From: Eledone cirrhosa
Lineage: Eukaryota
Direction: 5' to 3'
Assembly (NCBI GenBank): GCA_964016885.1
Contig: OZ024746.1
Span: 66,712,001 to 66,776,000, forward strand
DNA length: 64,000 nt
Position numbers and translations under genes: made by a program. The notes below the pieces were generated by a model. That model was not told the origin of the DNA and made no database searches. It saw only the letters and a list, made by a program, of their open reading frames with translations. How positions within the stretch are numbered: the first letter of the stretch is position 1; every line of letters begins with the position of its first letter. Positions 63,533-64,000 of this stretch are shown here, piece by piece.

Positions 63533-63574
<42 letters not shown>

Positions 63575-63595
63575 TACACAAACACACACACACAT

Positions 63596-63627
<32 letters not shown>

Positions 63628-63703
63628 AAAGTAGCGAAACAAACGGTTATTAAACAATTTTCTAAATAAATTAAAAAATGTTTAAATAATCACCTGTTCA
63701 GAT

Positions 63704-63784
63704 GCTGTTACCGACGGTTTCATCATTCCGAAAGATTGGAAATCCAACGAATTTCCAATGGAAAGGAATGAATCTTCAGACAGC
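63704..63784 (-). ncRNA. Type I hammerhead motif with long stem II
   Basis: GCTGT-CTGAAGA-T TCATTCC..GGAATGA T-GAAA-CC GTC GG-TA-ACAGC. Confidence 0.75.
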
Positions 63785-64000
63785 CCTATTTCCACGCTAT
63801 AAGGTATAGCAAGTAAATATTATGCTCCCTGCCCAACGCATGCGGTCAAGCCGTTAAAGTGACACACACGCAAATCAGGTCGCTGATAAAAGCTGGATAT
63901 TATAAACATGTCGAATTGCCACTAAAATTAGCGGCATTATTCAATGTTTTGTTCTCTACGTAAGGAGAATAAATTATAGAAGTGGATGGATACCTCAACA

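Overview
AT-rich, microsatellite-rich eukaryotic DNA with no convincing host protein-coding gene. The SINE repertoire (Meta-like, CORE-like and Ceph-like domains) and the microsatellite density suggest a cephalopod, probably octopus (inference). About 2.3-20.6 kb is a tandem array of non-LTR retroelements, each separated by (ATT)n: two SINEs, a degenerate R4/Dong RLE element on the minus strand, and three Tx1-clade APE-RT elements from two families on the plus strand (one nearly intact), with another SINE between them. The tRNA-derived SINE shares a covarying 3'-terminal hairpin with both Tx1 families. Its five dispersed copies all have target-site duplications beginning ATTAT(T), which points to a sequence-specific Tx1 LINE/SINE partnership targeting (ATT)n. 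About 21-47 kb is dominated by Penelope-like element (PLE) remnants embedded in (TA)n: GIY-YIG fragments and many inverted repeats, including a ~2.77-kb near-perfect palindrome. About 14 type I hammerhead ribozyme motifs lie between 22 and 64 kb. The rest holds decayed CR1-group, RTE, Hero-like and Dong fragments, further SINEs and an intron-containing tRNA-Tyr pseudogene. All calls were made by eye; no database search was run.
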